Part shown: positions 61,172 through 64,000 of the stretch, piece by piece
Layout: the number at the start of each line of letters is the position of its first letter
How positions within the stretch are numbered: the stretch's first letter is position 1
NCBI RefSeq assembly: GCF_902713615.1
Contig: NC_052150.1
Span: 146,105,993-146,169,992 of the forward strand
Reading direction: 5' to 3'
DNA: 64,000 bases
DNA from: Scyliorhinus canicula
Lineage: Eukaryota
Notes under the pieces: model-generated
Database searches by the model: none
What the model saw: only the letters and a program-made list of their open reading frames with translations
Told to the model about the DNA's origin: nothing
Position numbers and translations under genes: made by a program

Positions 61172-62157
61172 ATAAGAATCATAGAATCTATGGCACGGAG
61201 ACAGGCCCTTCAGCACAAACTGGTCATGCCAACCAAAAATCCCATCTAAGCTAAACCCATTTGCCTGCATTTGGCCCATATTCCTCTAAACCTTTCCTAT
61301 CCATGTATCTGTCCAAATACCCTTTAAATGTTGTCTATGTCCCTGCCTCAACCACTTCCTCCGGTAGCTCATTCCACATATGTAGCACCCACTGGGTAAA
61401 AATGTTGCTCCTCAGGTTGCCATTAATTCTTTCCCCTCTTAACTTAAACCTATGCCCTCTAGTTCTCGATTCCACAACCCTGGGAAAAAGACTGAGTGCA
61501 TTCACCCTATCCATGCCTCTCATGATCTTATACACCTCCATAAGGTCATCCCTCAGTCTCCTACGCTCCAAAGAAATAAGTCCTAGCCTGTCCAATCTCT
61601 CCCTTTAACTCAGTCCCTCGAGTCCTGACAACATCCTTGTAAATCTTTTCTGCACTCCCTCCAGTTTAATAACATCTTTCATATAGCAAGGTGACCGAAA
61701 CTGAACATAATACTCCAGGTACGGTCTCACCAATGTCCTGTAGAATTGCAACATAACTTCCCAACTTCTATACTCAATGCCTTGACTAATGAAGGCCAGC
61801 ATGCCAAAAGTCTTCTTCACTGCCCTATCTACCTGTGACACCATTTAGAGATTACTTTAACCTGGTGTTGTAAGACTTCTTACTGTGCTCACCCAGTCCA
61901 ACGGCGGCATCTCCACACCATTTAGAGAATCATGCACCTGAACTCCAAGGTCCCTCTGTTCCACGATACTCCCTAAGGTCCTACCATTCAACGTGAATGT
62001 TCTACCTTGATTTGACTTTCTAAAATGCAACACTTATCTGTATTGAACTCCATTTGCCATATCTCCGCCCACTTCCCCAGCTGATCAAGATCCTGCTGCA
62101 ATATTTGGTAACCTTCCTCACTGTCTACAGTACCACCAATTTTAGTGTCATCTGCTG
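61172..62157 (-). mobile_element. 5'-truncated CR1 LINE
   Basis: ADDTKIGG; LVRPYLEYYVQF; SLERRRLRDDLMEVYKIMRG. Confidence 0.92.
61852..61914 (+). mobile_element. 63-bp Penelope 3'-terminal fragment
   Basis: Matches 25162-25226; 14-bp TSD ACACCATTTAGAGA. Confidence 0.88.
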
Positions 62158-63093
62158 GGTCAAGGGAGTGGTGTGCATGATCTGATATAACTATAGCCGT
62201 TTTAACTGTGGGGCGAAGAGCTCTGTCCAAAAAAATATTTGATGTGTGAATAAGCATGGTGGACATCAGAGAAGTAGGTAAAGTCCCTTGTAACCAGATG
62301 GAGGAAATCCATTTGAGTCATAAAGGTTGAAAGAGCCTTGTTATTGCTGGGGTTGAGCGAGCCAGCTTCGGATCTATAACACAGTTTAAATCCCCTCTGT
62401 AAACAAAATGGAGGGTGTCCAGATTAGGATGGGAAATGTGATAGCAATGTGATAAATTTTGTATCATCCCAGTTAGGAGCATAGACGTTCAGCAAAACTA
62501 TTGGGGTTTGATAAAGTGTGCCACTAACGATTGCATAATGTACACTAGGGTCTGAGATTACATTTAATTAAAGTTGCCGTCCCCTTAGCTCTGCTGTTAA
62601 AGCTGGGGTGAAACACCTGGCCAACCCATACTTTATGTAGTCTGGTGTGACCTCGAACACAAAGATGTGTTTCTTGAAGGAATGCAACATCAGTGTTCAG
62701 ACTCTTGAGATGTGAAAACACTTTGAAATGCATTACCGCACCATTCAACCCCCTTACATTCCATATGACTAATCTGATTGAGAGCCCCATACCAGCATGA
62801 TCCCTGAGCTAGTCATACTGTGACAAATGCAGGATTTTAGATATATTGGATTATAAACATATAGCAATTTAAGGATTAAAAGCCTGGGTTAGAGTGCATT
62901 TGACTGCAGTAGTCATGTTCTGCAAGGCCAGAAAGCTTTCAGGAGCCAGAGGTGAAATTGACCACCGTAAAAGCCTGGGTTAATATTGCTGTTTGACAAG
63001 AGGGATTCCTGGGGAGTTGATGCATTTTCAGCCTGGGGAGATGGTGTCACTGCTGGGTAGAGCTGAGGTAGCCAGACATTTTGAGAAAGCTTT

Positions 63094-63992
63094 TTGGATT
63101 GGATTGGATTTGGATTTGTTTATTGTCACGTGTACCGAGGTACAGTGAAAAGCATTTTTCTGCAAGCAGCTCAACAGATCATTCAGAACACGGGAAGAAA
63201 GGGGAATTAAACAAAATTCAAGAAAATACAAGAAAGTACATAAAAGGGCAACACAAGATATACAATGTAACTACATAAGCATTGGCATCGGTTGAAGCAT
63301 ACAGGGTGTAGTGTTAATGAGGTCAGTCAATAAGAGGGTCATTTAGGAGTCTGGTGACAGTGGGGAAGGAGCTGTTTTTGAGTCTGTTCGTGCGTGTTCT
63401 CAGGCTTCTGTATCTCCTGCCCGATGGAAGAAGTTGGAAAAGTGAGTAAGCCGTGTGGGAGTGATCTTTGATTATGCTGCCCGCTTTCCCCCAGCAGCGG
63501 GAGGTGTAGATGGAGTCCACGGATGGGAGGCAGGTTCGTGTGATGGACTGGGCGGTACTCACGACTCTCTGAAGTTCCTTGCGGTCCTGGGCCGAGCAGT
63601 TGCCATACCAGGCTGTGATGCAGCCCAATAGGATGCTTTCTATGGTGCATCTGTAAAAGTTGGTAAGGGTTAAAGTGGACATGCCGAATTTCCTTAGTTT
63701 CCTGAGGAAGTATAGGCGCTGTTGTGCTTTCTTTGTGATAGCGTCGATGTGGGTGGACCAGGACAGATTTTTGGTGATGTGCACCCCTAGGAATTTGAAA
63801 TTGCTAACCATCTCCACCTTGGCCCCGTTGATGCTGACAGGGGTGTGTACAGTACTTTGCTTCCTAAAGTCGATGACCAGCTCTTTAGTTTTGCTGGCAT
63901 TGAGGGAGAGATTGTTGTCGTTACACCACTCCGCTAGGTTCTCTATCTCCCTCCTGTATTCTGACTCGTCGTTATTCGAGATCCGGTCCACT
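63094..63992 (-). mobile_element. Rex1/Babar LINE 3' part
   Basis: Open 222-aa ORF: NDESEYRREI..NNLSLNASKTKELVIDFRK..KAQQRLYFLRKL..FYRCTIESIL; (ATCCA)n tail. Confidence 0.93.
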
Positions 63993-64000
63993 ATTGGCGT

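Larger units (their letters stand above)
58000..62800 (-). mobile_element. Degenerate L1/Tx1-clade LINE ORF2 with nested SINEs and a CR1
   Basis: IWNVRGLN..FLQETHL, NVYAPN, ISDHA, WRFDPTLL, KAPGPDGF, SLDAEKAF, YADDL; 3' region to ~58000. Confidence 0.88.

Overview
This is eukaryotic, almost entirely transposable-element-derived DNA. It is most likely from a cartilaginous fish (shark, catshark-like), judged by the HE1/V-SINE-type SINEs with CR1 tails, shark-type CR1 LINEs and Rex1. I can support no host protein-coding exon, rRNA, true tRNA gene or CRISPR. The window is a deeply nested graveyard of CR1, CR1/L2-type, L1/Tx1, RTE and Rex1 LINEs, several tRNA-derived SINE families, at least six Ty3/Gypsy remnants with solo LTRs, and one Ty1/Copia remnant (unusual for a vertebrate). 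It also holds Penelope elements carrying minimal hammerhead ribozyme motifs, a hAT MITE, and a PIF/Harbinger system: four transposase remnants, a spliced Myb/SANT partner gene and a family of CpG-rich MITEs sharing the GGG(C/T)NNNATTCTCC terminus. Most ORFs in the supplied track are fragments or shadow ORFs of these elements. Boundaries were read by eye. Those defined by TSDs or TIRs should be exact or within a few bp; the others are approximate (tens of bp).
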